Origin: Pseudodesulfovibrio mercurii
GTDB taxonomy: Bacteria; Desulfobacterota; Desulfovibrionia; Desulfovibrionales; Desulfovibrionaceae
Assembly: GCF_000189295.2 (NCBI RefSeq)
Contig: NC_016803.1
Span: 3,810,001 to 3,842,000, forward strand
Length of the DNA: 32,000 bases
Reading direction: 5' to 3'
The position numbers and the translations under genes were made by a program. Positions within the stretch are counted from its first letter, which is position 1; each line of letters starts with the position of its first letter. Positions 24,460-32,000 of the stretch are shown piece by piece. A model generated the notes under the pieces. It was not told the DNA's origin. It was given only the letters and a program-made list of their open reading frames with translations, and ran no database searches.

Positions 24460-24810
24460 ATGAAAGTACTGTTGGTAGACGACGAAGTGGAACTGGTTTC
24501 CGCCATGGCCGAGCGCCTCGGGTTCCGGGACGTGGACGCGGACTGGACGGACAACGGCGAGTCGGCCCTGGAAATGGCCGACAAGACCGCCTACGACGTG
24601 GCCGTCCTGGACATGAAGATGCCCAAGCTGAGCGGCCTGGAGCTCATGGAGCGGCTGGCGGAACGGCACCCGGACATGAAGTTCATCTTCCTGTCCGGCC
24701 ATGGCTCGGAATCGGATTTCAAGGCGGGCTGCGCCGCGGGCTGCAACTATCTGATCAAGCCCATCCAGCTCGAGGAACTGGTCGCCCTGATCCGCAAGGT
24801 GGCGGCGTAA
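24460..24810 (+). CDS. Single-domain response regulator (CheY-like)
   Basis: 116 aa: MKVLLVDDE...VAVLDMKMPKLSG...FLSGHG...YLIKP. The start is 1 nt after the HK stop. Confidence 0.9.
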   Translation: MKVLLVDDEVELVSAMAERLGFRDVDADWTDNGESALEMADKTAYDVAVLDMKMPKLSGLELMERLAERHPDMKFIFLSGHGSESDFKAGCAAGCNYLIKPIQLEELVALIRKVAA

Positions 24811-24826
24811 CGACAAAGGAGAGGGC

Positions 24827-25477
24827 ATGAGCCGGACCCAGTGCGAGCCCCGCGAGGGACTCAGATTTTTCGGGCGCATCAGCGCCTCCGTGTCCCATGA
24901 GATCAAGAACGTGTTCGCCGTGATCAACGAGGCGGCCGGGCTGATCGAGGACTTCACGCTCATGGCCGAGCGCGGAATGCCCATCCAGCCGGAGCGGCTC
25001 AAGGGCGCGGCCAAGACCATCCAGGGCCAGATCCGGCGCGGCGACGGCATCGTCAGGAACATGAACGCCTTCGCCCATTCCACCGACGAGGACATCCGCG
25101 AGGTGAACCTGGTCGAGGCCCTGAAACTGGCGGCGGACCTGACCTCCCGGTTCGCCGACATGCGGCAGATCAAGCTGACCGTGGGCGAGAGCAAGCCCGT
25201 GTCCATGGTCGCGTGCCCCTTTGATCTGACGCGGCTGCTGCACTCCTCCATGGTGGCGGCCTTCGATTCCATGCGGCCGGGCGACACGCTGGTCATCACC
25301 GTGTCCCCCGCAGACGGCGGCGCATCGTTCTCCCTTTCCGTGCCCGGAAAGGATGCCCCGCTCAAGAATGACGAACCGTTCGCCGACCAGGCAAGGGCCC
25401 TGAACGCCCGGGTCGAGGTGGACGAAAAGACCGGGACGAGCCAGTTGCTGCTTGCGGCCGCGGGCGCACCCGCGTAG
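24827..25477 (+). CDS. Soluble histidine-kinase-like protein with H-box but degenerate ATP-binding domain
   Basis: 216 aa. SASVSHEIKNVFAVINEAAGLIEDF is paralogous to the DHp of the upstream HK. The N-box position reads SSMVAAF (no Asn), and the G1 (DxGxG) and G2 (GxGLGL) boxes are not recognisable. Confidence 0.7.
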   Translation: MSRTQCEPREGLRFFGRISASVSHEIKNVFAVINEAAGLIEDFTLMAERGMPIQPERLKGAAKTIQGQIRRGDGIVRNMNAFAHSTDEDIREVNLVEALKLAADLTSRFADMRQIKLTVGESKPVSMVACPFDLTRLLHSSMVAAFDSMRPGDTLVITVSPADGGASFSLSVPGKDAPLKNDEPFADQARALNARVEVDEKTGTSQLLLAAAGAPA

Positions 25478-25509
25478 AACAACATTCATACCTGATCGGA
25501 GAAGAGAAC

Positions 25510-25938
25510 ATGGCAGAAAAAGTACTGCTTATTGACGATGAAGTGGAATTCCTCGAGGCCCTGTCCGAACGGATGGAGATCCGGGGCATGGATGTGACCA
25601 CGGCCGAGAACGCCAACGCCGCGGTCAGCGCGATCAATTCGGGCGACTACGACGCCATCGTGCTGGACCTGCAGATGCCGGACATGAACGGCATCGACAT
25701 GCTCAAGGTCATCCGCAAGACCAATCCGGACATGCAGGTCATCCTGCTGACCGGCCAGGCCACCCTGGAGGCCGGCATCCAGGCCATGAAGCTCGGGGCC
25801 ATGGACTTCATGGAGAAGCCCGCGGACATCGACGCGCTGACCGACAAGATCAAGAAGGCCCAGGCCAAGAAGATGGTCATCGTGGAGAAGAAGACCGAGA
25901 AGAAGGTCAACGAAATCCTCAAGTCCAAGGGGTGGTAG
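25510..25938 (+). CDS. Single-domain response regulator with short Lys-rich C-terminal tail
   Basis: 142 aa: KVLLIDDE...AIVLDLQMPDMNG...LLTGQA...FMEKP, then KKAQAKKMVIVEKKTEKKVNEILKSKGW. Confidence 0.9.
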   Translation: MAEKVLLIDDEVEFLEALSERMEIRGMDVTTAENANAAVSAINSGDYDAIVLDLQMPDMNGIDMLKVIRKTNPDMQVILLTGQATLEAGIQAMKLGAMDFMEKPADIDALTDKIKKAQAKKMVIVEKKTEKKVNEILKSKGW

Positions 25939-25957
25939 ACCCCGCTGTCGACAACGG

Positions 25958-25993
25958 AAAAAAGGCTGCCGGGACGATCCCGGCAGCCTTTTT
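25958..25993. terminator. Bidirectional Rho-independent terminator between the signalling operon and the GNAT gene
   Basis: A6, then an 11-bp perfect stem GGCTGCCGGGA (25964-25974) / TCCCGGCAGCC (25978-25988), then T5. Lies between convergent genes. Confidence 0.85.
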
Positions 25994-26011
25994 GTCTTTC
26001 GTGGGGGGCGC

Positions 26012-26509
26012 TCAGTCCGCCAGGATCAGGGTCATGGCGTGCCAGGGCACGCCGCCGTGGGTGGACCGGGACAGGCCGTCGTCGGTGAAGCCGAAACGGG
26101 TGTAGAAGGAGGTCAGCGGCTCCTTGCACAACAGCTTGATCGCGGACTTGCCCATGTCCCGGGCATGCTCGATGAAGTTCGCAAGCAGCTTGCCCGCGAT
26201 GCCGCGCTTCTGGAAATCGGGGTGCACGGACAGGGAGAAGATGACGATGTTGCGGCCGTCCGGGTCGTGGCCGATGAGCTGCTTGAACTCCTCGTCCGTG
26301 ATGTCGTCCTTGTCGGTGGAGCCCGCGTTCACCTGGCCGACCACCCGGCCTTCCAGCTCGGCCACCAGAAATCCCTCGGGATAGATTTCGATGCGGTTGC
26401 GCAGGCTGCTCGCCCAGGCGGCCTCGGCGGGCGGAAAGCAGTTGGCCTCGATGGTGTGGCAGGCGGGCAGGTCGTCCATGTCCGCGTGGCGTATGGTCAG
26501 GGCTTTCAT
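26012..26509 (-). CDS. GNAT-family N-acetyltransferase
   Basis: 165 aa. Acetyl-CoA binding-type segment VHPDFQKRGIAGKLL. The start is 2 nt after the uup stop. Confidence 0.85.
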   Translation of the reverse strand: MKALTIRHADMDDLPACHTIEANCFPPAEAAWASSLRNRIEIYPEGFLVAELEGRVVGQVNAGSTDKDDITDEEFKQLIGHDPDGRNIVIFSLSVHPDFQKRGIAGKLLANFIEHARDMGKSAIKLLCKEPLTSFYTRFGFTDDGLSRSTHGGVPWHAMTLILAD

Positions 26510-26511
26510 GA

Positions 26512-28440
26512 TCAGTCCAGCTCCACGCCCTCCAGGGCGGTTTCGAGTTCTTCCCAGGTCTCATAGGCGATTTCAAGGTCGGACTCAAGGGCTTCCATGC
26601 GCTTCTGGTCGTCGGCCATAACCTCGCCGGAATACTTGTAATAATCCGCTGCGGACATGCGCTCCTGTAGGGCCGTGAGCGCTCTCTCCAGCGTTTCTAT
26701 GCGGGCGGGCATGGCCTTCAGCTCCTCCCGCTTCCTCTCGAGTTCGAACTTTTCCTTGTAGCTCAGCTTCCGCCTGGCGGGCTCGGGCCGTTCCGGTTCG
26801 GATTTGGGCCTGCACGATCTGGCCTGGGAGGGGGCGGCCGACGGGCGCTGCCGGAGCCAGTCGTCGTAGCCGCCCACGTACTCGGCCACCCGGCCGTTGC
26901 CCTCGAAGGCGATGGACGAGGTGACCACGTTGTTCAGGAAGTCGCGGTCGTGGGAGACCAGGAGCAGGGTGCCGGAGTAGTCCATGAGCAGCTCCTCCAG
27001 CAGGTCCAGGGTCTCGGCGTCCAGGTCGTTGGTCGGTTCGTCCATGACCAGGACGTTGAACGAGCGGGTGAACAGCCGGGCCAGGAGCAGCCGGTTGCGC
27101 TCCCCGCCGGACAGCACGCCCACCGGGACCTTGGCCCGGTCCGGGGTGAACAGGAAATTCTTCAGGTGGGTCATGACGTGGACGCGGTGGCCGTTGAGGT
27201 CAACGAAGTCGTTGCCCTCGGCCACGTTGTACCGGGCGGAGCGGGTCTCGTCGAGCTGCTCGCGGAGCTGGTCGAAGTAGCTGACCTGGAGGTTGACCCC
27301 GTGGCGCACGCTGCCCGACTGCGGGGCGAGCTCGCCGAGCAGGATCTTGAGCAGAGTGGTCTTGCCCGCGCCGTTGGGCCCGATGAGTCCGACCTTGTCC
27401 CCGCGCATGACCGTGGCGGAGAAATCGTTTATGAGCGGCGTGTCGCTGTAGCCGAAGCAGAGGTGGCTGGCCTCGATGACCAGCTTGCCCGTGCGCTCGG
27501 CCTCCTGGATGACCATCTTGACCGAACCCACGCGTTCGCGCCGCGCGCCGCGCTCCTGGCGCAGCTTCATGAGGTCGCGCACGCGGCCCATGTTCCGGGT
27601 GCGCCGGGCCTTGATGCCCTGCCGGATCCAGGCCTCCTCCTCGGCCAGCTTGCGGTCGAAGTTGTGGTTCTGCCTGGCCTCGGCGGACAGGGCGTCGTCC
27701 TTGCGCGCGAGGTAGGTCTCGTAGTCGCACTCCCAGCTGGTCAGCCGTCCCCGGTCCAGCTCCACGATGCGCGTGGCCAGCCGGCGCAGGAAGGCGCGGT
27801 CGTGGGTGACGAAGAGCAGGGCCGCGTTCTGGCGCAACAGGAAATCCTCGAGCCAGGAGATGGAGTCGATGTCCAGGTGGTTGGTGGGCTCGTCCAGGAT
27901 GAGCAGGTCCGGGCCGGAGACCAGGGCGCGGGCCAGGAGCACGCGGCGTTTGGTCCCGCCGGACAGGGAGCCGAAGCGGTCGTCGCCGTCGAGCTTGAGG
28001 TGCGAGAGCACGGCCTCGATGGTCTGGTGGTGCGGCCAGCCTCCGGCGTCCTCCAGGGCGTGCTGGGCGCGCTCCAGCCGGTCCACCAGGTCCTGACCCG
28101 GCTCGGGAGAATCGGCCAGGGCGCGGGAGGCGTCGTGGTAGGCGGCCAGGTGCGCGCCGACCTCGCCCAGCCCCTGGGCCGCGATGTCGTAGACCGTGCC
28201 CGCCAGCTCCTGGGGCACCTCCTGGGGGAGCATGGCCACGCGGCAGCCGCGCTGGTAGTCCACGCTGCCGGAGTCGGGAGCGGTCCTGCCCTCGATGACC
28301 GACAACAGGGTGGACTTGCCCTCGCCGTTGCGGCCGAGCAGGCAGACGCGTTCGCCCGGCTCGATCTGCATGGACACCTTGTCCAGCAGCACCGTGCCGG
28401 TGAAATTGATGGAAATGTCTCGTAAACTGACCAGGGCCAT
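26512..28440 (-). CDS. uup: ABC-F family ATPase, Uup-like (two NBDs plus C-terminal coiled-coil)
   Basis: About 642 aa from the ATG at 28440. Walker [10 protein letters not shown] and GPNGAGKTT, signatures LSGGTKRR and LSGGERNR, C-terminal coiled-coil tail. The track start (TTG at 28452) lies inside the upstream terminator U-tract. Confidence 0.88.
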   Translation of the reverse strand: MALVSLRDISINFTGTVLLDKVSMQIEPGERVCLLGRNGEGKSTLLSVIEGRTAPDSGSVDYQRGCRVAMLPQEVPQELAGTVYDIAAQGLGEVGAHLAAYHDASRALADSPEPGQDLVDRLERAQHALEDAGGWPHHQTIEAVLSHLKLDGDDRFGSLSGGTKRRVLLARALVSGPDLLILDEPTNHLDIDSISWLEDFLLRQNAALLFVTHDRAFLRRLATRIVELDRGRLTSWECDYETYLARKDDALSAEARQNHNFDRKLAEEEAWIRQGIKARRTRNMGRVRDLMKLRQERGARRERVGSVKMVIQEAERTGKLVIEASHLCFGYSDTPLINDFSATVMRGDKVGLIGPNGAGKTTLLKILLGELAPQSGSVRHGVNLQVSYFDQLREQLDETRSARYNVAEGNDFVDLNGHRVHVMTHLKNFLFTPDRAKVPVGVLSGGERNRLLLARLFTRSFNVLVMDEPTNDLDAETLDLLEELLMDYSGTLLLVSHDRDFLNNVVTSSIAFEGNGRVAEYVGGYDDWLRQRPSAAPSQARSCRPKSEPERPEPARRKLSYKEKFELERKREELKAMPARIETLERALTALQERMSAADYYKYSGEVMADDQKRMEALESDLEIAYETWEELETALEGVELD

Positions 28441-28450
28441 ACTGTCGCTC

Positions 28451-28477
28451 AAAGAAAAGGGGCTGCCGGACAGCCCC
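28451..28477 (-). terminator. Rho-independent terminator after rpe
   Basis: Minus strand reads GGGGCTG-TCCGG-CAGCCCC followed by TTTTCTTT. Begins 21 nt downstream of the rpe stop and ends 10 nt before the uup ATG. Confidence 0.7.
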
Positions 28478-28497
28478 GTTGCAATCGTTGCCTGCGC

Positions 28498-29148
28498 CTA
28501 TTTGCAGGCGTCCTGAAACGCCTTGTGCCGCTCGCCGTAGGGCGGATGCTTGAAGAAGGCCGAGCCGGACACGAGCACGTCCACGCCCGCCTCGGTCAGT
28601 TCGCGCGCGTTGTCCAGGGTCACGCCGCCGTCGATCTGGATCAGGGTGTCGGCCCCGGCCCGGTCGATCATGGCCTTGAGGTCGCGGACCTTGTCCAGGC
28701 AGAAGGGGATGAACTTCTGGCCGCCGAAGCCGGGGTTCACGGACATGATCAGGACCATGTACAGCTGCGGCAGGAGATAGCGGATGGCCTCGGGCGGGGT
28801 GTGCGGATTGAGCGCCACGGCGGGCTTGGCCCCGGCCTCGACGATCTGGGCGCAGACCCGCTCCAGGTGGGTGCACGCCTCGGCGTGGACGCAGATCAGG
28901 TCGGCCCCGGCGTCGGCGAAGTCGCCGATGTACCGGCCGGGATCGTTGATCATCAGGTGGCAGTCGAAGAAGAGCTTCGACTTGGCGCGCATGGCCTTGA
29001 TGATCGGCGGGCCGAAGGTGATGTTGGGCACGAACATGCCGTCCATGACGTCCAGGTGGACCCAGGACAGGCCCGCGGCTTCCAGGGCCTTGAGCTCGGT
29101 TTCCATGTTGGCGAAGTCCGAGGAAAGCATGGAGGGGGAAAGAATCAT
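28498..29148 (-). CDS. rpe: Ribulose-phosphate 3-epimerase
   Basis: 216 aa: ILSPSMLSSDF...HLDVMDGMFVPNITFG...MSVNPGFGGQKFI...IDGG. Confidence 0.95.
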   Translation of the reverse strand: MILSPSMLSSDFANMETELKALEAAGLSWVHLDVMDGMFVPNITFGPPIIKAMRAKSKLFFDCHLMINDPGRYIGDFADAGADLICVHAEACTHLERVCAQIVEAGAKPAVALNPHTPPEAIRYLLPQLYMVLIMSVNPGFGGQKFIPFCLDKVRDLKAMIDRAGADTLIQIDGGVTLDNARELTEAGVDVLVSGSAFFKHPPYGERHKAFQDACK

Positions 29149-29228
29149 TCGCGTCGCTCCGCTTGGTGTTTTTGCTGGGAAAGATGTACCCGCTCGCGGT
29201 CAGGACCGCAAGGGATTCCGGCGGCTGG

Positions 29229-29555
29229 TCAGGGCTGGTCGGTGATCAGCCGCTCGGACGCGTAGCCGAGCAGCCCGCCGAGGACCAGGTTGATGCCCAC
29301 CACCTGGAGCACGCCCAGGGGAGCGTCGGGGTGGAGCAGGATGCCCAGGGGCAGGGCGGTCAGCACGGCGATGAGCATGCCCGTGGCCCAGCTCTCCAGC
29401 GGCATGCGGGCGAAGGCGATGATGATGCTCAACCCCAGCCAGTGGAGCAGGATCGCGGCCACGGCCTGCAACGGGACGTCCAGGAAGACCATGGGGATGG
29501 CGTTCAGGATGCCCGCGGCCAGCCCGAGCAGCAGAATCTTGTACATCTTGTGCAT
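29229..29555 (-). CDS. Small integral membrane protein (108 aa, ~4 TM segments), function unknown
   Basis: The ATG at 29555 is preceded by AGGGAG and starts 13 nt after the ahbA stop. Strongly hydrophobic segments. No family recognised. Confidence 0.55.
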   Translation of the reverse strand: MHKMYKILLLGLAAGILNAIPMVFLDVPLQAVAAILLHWLGLSIIIAFARMPLESWATGMLIAVLTALPLGILLHPDAPLGVLQVVGINLVLGGLLGYASERLITDQP

Positions 29556-29568
29556 GGGCCCGGTCTCC

Positions 29569-30018
29569 CTACTTGTCCATCTTGAAATCGACCTTGATCT
29601 TGAACAGCTTGTACGCCGGGAGGTTGAGCACCTTGATGCCCGTGGCCTCGGTGATGGAGGCCAGGATTTCCTCCACCGCGTCCATGTCCGGGGCGATGAG
29701 CGCGAACCAGACGTTGAAATCATTCTCGCGCAGGTAGTTGTGCGTCACGCCGTCGTGCCGGTTGACCTCGGCCACGAACGCGTCCAGACGGTCCTCGGGC
29801 ACCGAGGCCGCGCACAGGGTGGACTGCCAGCCCAGGGTGTTGGAGTTGAAGTTCGCCCCCATGCGCCGGATCAGCCCGGACGCCTTCATGGCCCGAACGC
29901 GATCGAGCACCTCGGCCTCGGTCAAACCCACCCGCTCGCCGACCTCCGCATACGGACGGGACGCCAACGGGAAATGGGACTGGATGATGTCGAGTATCTG
30001 CTTGTCGTAATTGTCCAT
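29569..30018 (-). CDS. ahbA: Siroheme decarboxylase subunit (AhbA/AhbB, NirD/L/G/H-like AsnC-type fold)
   Basis: 149 aa: MDNYDKQILDIIQSHFPLASRPYAEVGERVGLTEAEVLDRVRAMKASGLIRR..., then a GVTHNYLR-type C-terminal half. ahbA is chosen over ahbB from my recollection of the Desulfovibrio vulgaris order ahbA-ahbD-hemB-ahbC. Confidence 0.7.
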   Translation of the reverse strand: MDNYDKQILDIIQSHFPLASRPYAEVGERVGLTEAEVLDRVRAMKASGLIRRMGANFNSNTLGWQSTLCAASVPEDRLDAFVAEVNRHDGVTHNYLRENDFNVWFALIAPDMDAVEEILASITEATGIKVLNLPAYKLFKIKVDFKMDK

Positions 30019-30025
30019 GAAGCAT

Positions 30026-30115
30026 GCCTCCGGCGGCCAGGGGGGAAACCCTTTGAAAAGGGTTGTCCCCCCTGGACCCCCCTTCCTAAACTTTTTTTAT
30101 CGCGCCTTCGGCGGG
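30026..30115 (-). repeat. Structured dispersed repeat, copy E1 (reverse orientation, short form)
   Basis: GCCTCCGGCGGCCAGGGGGGAAACCCTTTGAAAAGGGTTGTCCCCCCTGGACCCCCCTTCCTAAACTTTTTTTATCGCGCCTTCGGCGGG. Confidence 0.85.
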
Positions 30116-30193
30116 TGCGTCGGCGCGCGATACATTTTCCTTCAATTACCGTCCCCCGGTCAAGCGGCACATCCTCCCGTCATCCCCCTACCT

Positions 30194-30308
30194 CCGCGAA
30201 GCGGCGTAAAAAGTTTAGGAGGGGAGAGGGGATGGGGGTCCGGGGGAAGGGGAGAGGGAAACCCTTTTCAAAGGGTTCCCCTCTCCCCTTCCCCCGGCCG
30301 CCGGAGGC
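30194..30308 (+). repeat. Structured dispersed repeat, copy E2 (forward orientation); forms an inverted pair with E1
   Basis: CCGCGAAGCGGCGTAAAAAGTTTAGGAGGGGAGAGGGGATGGGGGTCC, then a 24/25-bp hairpin (30242-30266 / 30271-30295, loop TTCA), then GGCCGCCGGAGGC. Ends 1 nt from the ahbD stop. Confidence 0.9.
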
Positions 30309-30309
30309 G

Positions 30310-31509
30310 TCACGCCTTCGGCTTTTTCTTCGGGGTGTAGGAGCACAAAGGCTCCTCTTTCAAATAGTGGCCGTTCATGGTCTGGGCGCGGGCGCGGCAG
30401 CCGCCGCAGACCTTTTCGTATTCGCAGTAGCCGCACTTGCCGTCGTAGACCTCGGGGTTGCGCAGGTTGAGGAACTGCGGGGATTTTTTCCAGATATCCG
30501 GGAAGGGAATCTCGCGCACGTTGCCGCAGTTGAGGTCCAGGTAGCCGCACGGCTGGACCTGGCCCCGGTGGGAGATGAAGCAGAAGCCGATGCCGCCGAG
30601 GCAGCCGCGCGAAACCGCGTCCAGGCCGAAGTTCTCGAAGTTGACCGGGACGCCCTCCTCCTTGGCCCGCTGGCGCAGGATGCGGTGGTAGTGGGGCGCG
30701 CAGGTGGCCTTGAGCTGCATGCTGGTGGTCTTGCGGAAGTCGTAGAACCAGTTGAGCACGTCCTCGTACTCCTCGGCGGAGATGATCTCGGTGCCCAGCT
30801 CCACGGCCCGGCCCGTGGGCACGAGCAGGAAGATGTGCCAGGCGGACGCGCCGATATCCTCGCAGAGGTGGAAGATGTCCTTGAACAGGTGGAGGTTGTT
30901 CTTGGTCACCGTGGTGTTGATCTGGAACTCGATGCCCACGTCCTTGAGGTACTGGATGCCGCGCATGGAGGCGGCGAAGGCCCCGACCTCGCCCCGGAAC
31001 TCATCGTGCTGGGCGGCCTCGGGGGCGTCGATGGAGATGGAGCAGCGCTCGACCCCGGCGTCCTTCATCTTTTGGGCGGTCTCCGGGGTGATCAGCGTGC
31101 CGTTGGGGGCCATGACGCAGCGCATGCCCTTGTCCTTGGCGTAGGCGATCAGCTCGTAGACGTCGTGCCGCATCATGGGCTCGCCGCCGGTGAAGATGAT
31201 GATCGGGGAGCCCACGTCCGGGAAGGTGTCGATGAGGGCCTTGGCCTCGGCCGTGGACAGCTCGCCCTCGTAGGGCTCGGGGTGCGCCTCGGCCCGGCAG
31301 TGCTTGCAGGCCAGGTTGCAGGATCGGGTCACTTCCCAGGCGATGAGGCGGCAGATGGGCGTGACGCCGTCGTCCAGGTACTTCTTGGGCGCGTGTTCGG
31401 CGCCGGGGTGCGTGTTGCCGTGGGGGTGGCCGCCGGGGTGCCCGCCGGGATGGCCCTCGGGCGGACAGCCGGTCATGGGGTGGCCGGGATGATTCTGGTG
31501 TTCGCTCAT
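30310..31509 (-). CDS. ahbD: Radical SAM/SPASM enzyme of the AhbC/AhbD (NirJ-like) family, probably heme synthase AhbD, with His-rich N-terminal extension
   Basis: 399 aa. CNLACKHC radical-SAM motif. C-terminal Cys cluster CGYLDLNC...KCGYCEYEKVCGGCRARA. Flanked by hemB and ahbA. ahbD versus ahbC is decided only by remembered synteny. Confidence 0.7.
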   Translation of the reverse strand: MSEHQNHPGHPMTGCPPEGHPGGHPGGHPHGNTHPGAEHAPKKYLDDGVTPICRLIAWEVTRSCNLACKHCRAEAHPEPYEGELSTAEAKALIDTFPDVGSPIIIFTGGEPMMRHDVYELIAYAKDKGMRCVMAPNGTLITPETAQKMKDAGVERCSISIDAPEAAQHDEFRGEVGAFAASMRGIQYLKDVGIEFQINTTVTKNNLHLFKDIFHLCEDIGASAWHIFLLVPTGRAVELGTEIISAEEYEDVLNWFYDFRKTTSMQLKATCAPHYHRILRQRAKEEGVPVNFENFGLDAVSRGCLGGIGFCFISHRGQVQPCGYLDLNCGNVREIPFPDIWKKSPQFLNLRNPEVYDGKCGYCEYEKVCGGCRARAQTMNGHYLKEEPLCSYTPKKKPKA

Positions 31510-31510
31510 A

Positions 31511-32000
<490 letters not shown>

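Noticed and set aside
28450-28452. TTG start of the ABC-F gene as given by the ORF track (MSDSMALV...).
   Set aside because: The TTG lies within the U-tract of the rpe terminator and has no SD. The in-frame ATG at 28440 (MALVSLRDI...) matches typical Uup N-termini.
5701-30308. Whether the recurring ~110-nt elements could be a CRISPR array or tandem repeat locus.
   Set aside because: The copies are dispersed over 25 kb in separate intergenic regions, occur in both orientations, are far longer than CRISPR repeats, have no regular spacer periodicity, and have no cas genes nearby.

Overview
High-GC chromosomal segment that looks like core genome of a Desulfovibrionaceae-type sulfate reducer. That assignment is an inference from gene content: futalosine menaquinone genes, the Ahb siroheme-dependent heme pathway, and a 1006-aa PutA. 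Order of content: (1) the ribosomal alpha operon rpsM'-rpsK-rpsD-rpoA-rplQ with a clean terminator. (2) A LysR regulator convergent with a minus-strand tetR-mqnE-mqnC-mqnA operon, with mqnD transcribed divergently across a perfect 20-bp palindrome. (3) An EamA transporter and a small Cys-rich ORF. (4) A minus-strand Mla/Pqi-like lipid-transport operon (STAS-MlaE, MlaF, MCE protein, PqiC-like lipoprotein) translationally coupled to yjgA. (5) lrp-putA. (6) A tightly packed seven-gene plus-strand unit: tetR, sulP, a cytidylate-kinase-like/BON/REC protein, a Cache histidine kinase, a REC protein, a degenerate HK-like protein and another REC protein. (7) A minus-strand run hemB'-ahbD-ahbA-small membrane protein-rpe-uup-GNAT. 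No transposase, integrase, CRISPR array, tRNA/rRNA or recognisable defense genes were seen. Two things stand out beyond ordinary annotation. (a) A family of structured, G-tract-rich intergenic repeats has six copies in the window. Two pairs form MITE-like inverted units. The repeats have a fixed polarity next to gene 3' ends, and one copy supplies the Shine-Dalgarno of ahbA. (b) The SulP-linked multi-receiver signalling operon has no DNA-binding output domain. It contains an unusual CK-like/BON/REC protein, a catalytically degenerate HK paralog, and a SulP carrying a ~138-aa insertion. All product calls rest on my reading of the translated ORFs (motifs, length, synteny). No database search was run.
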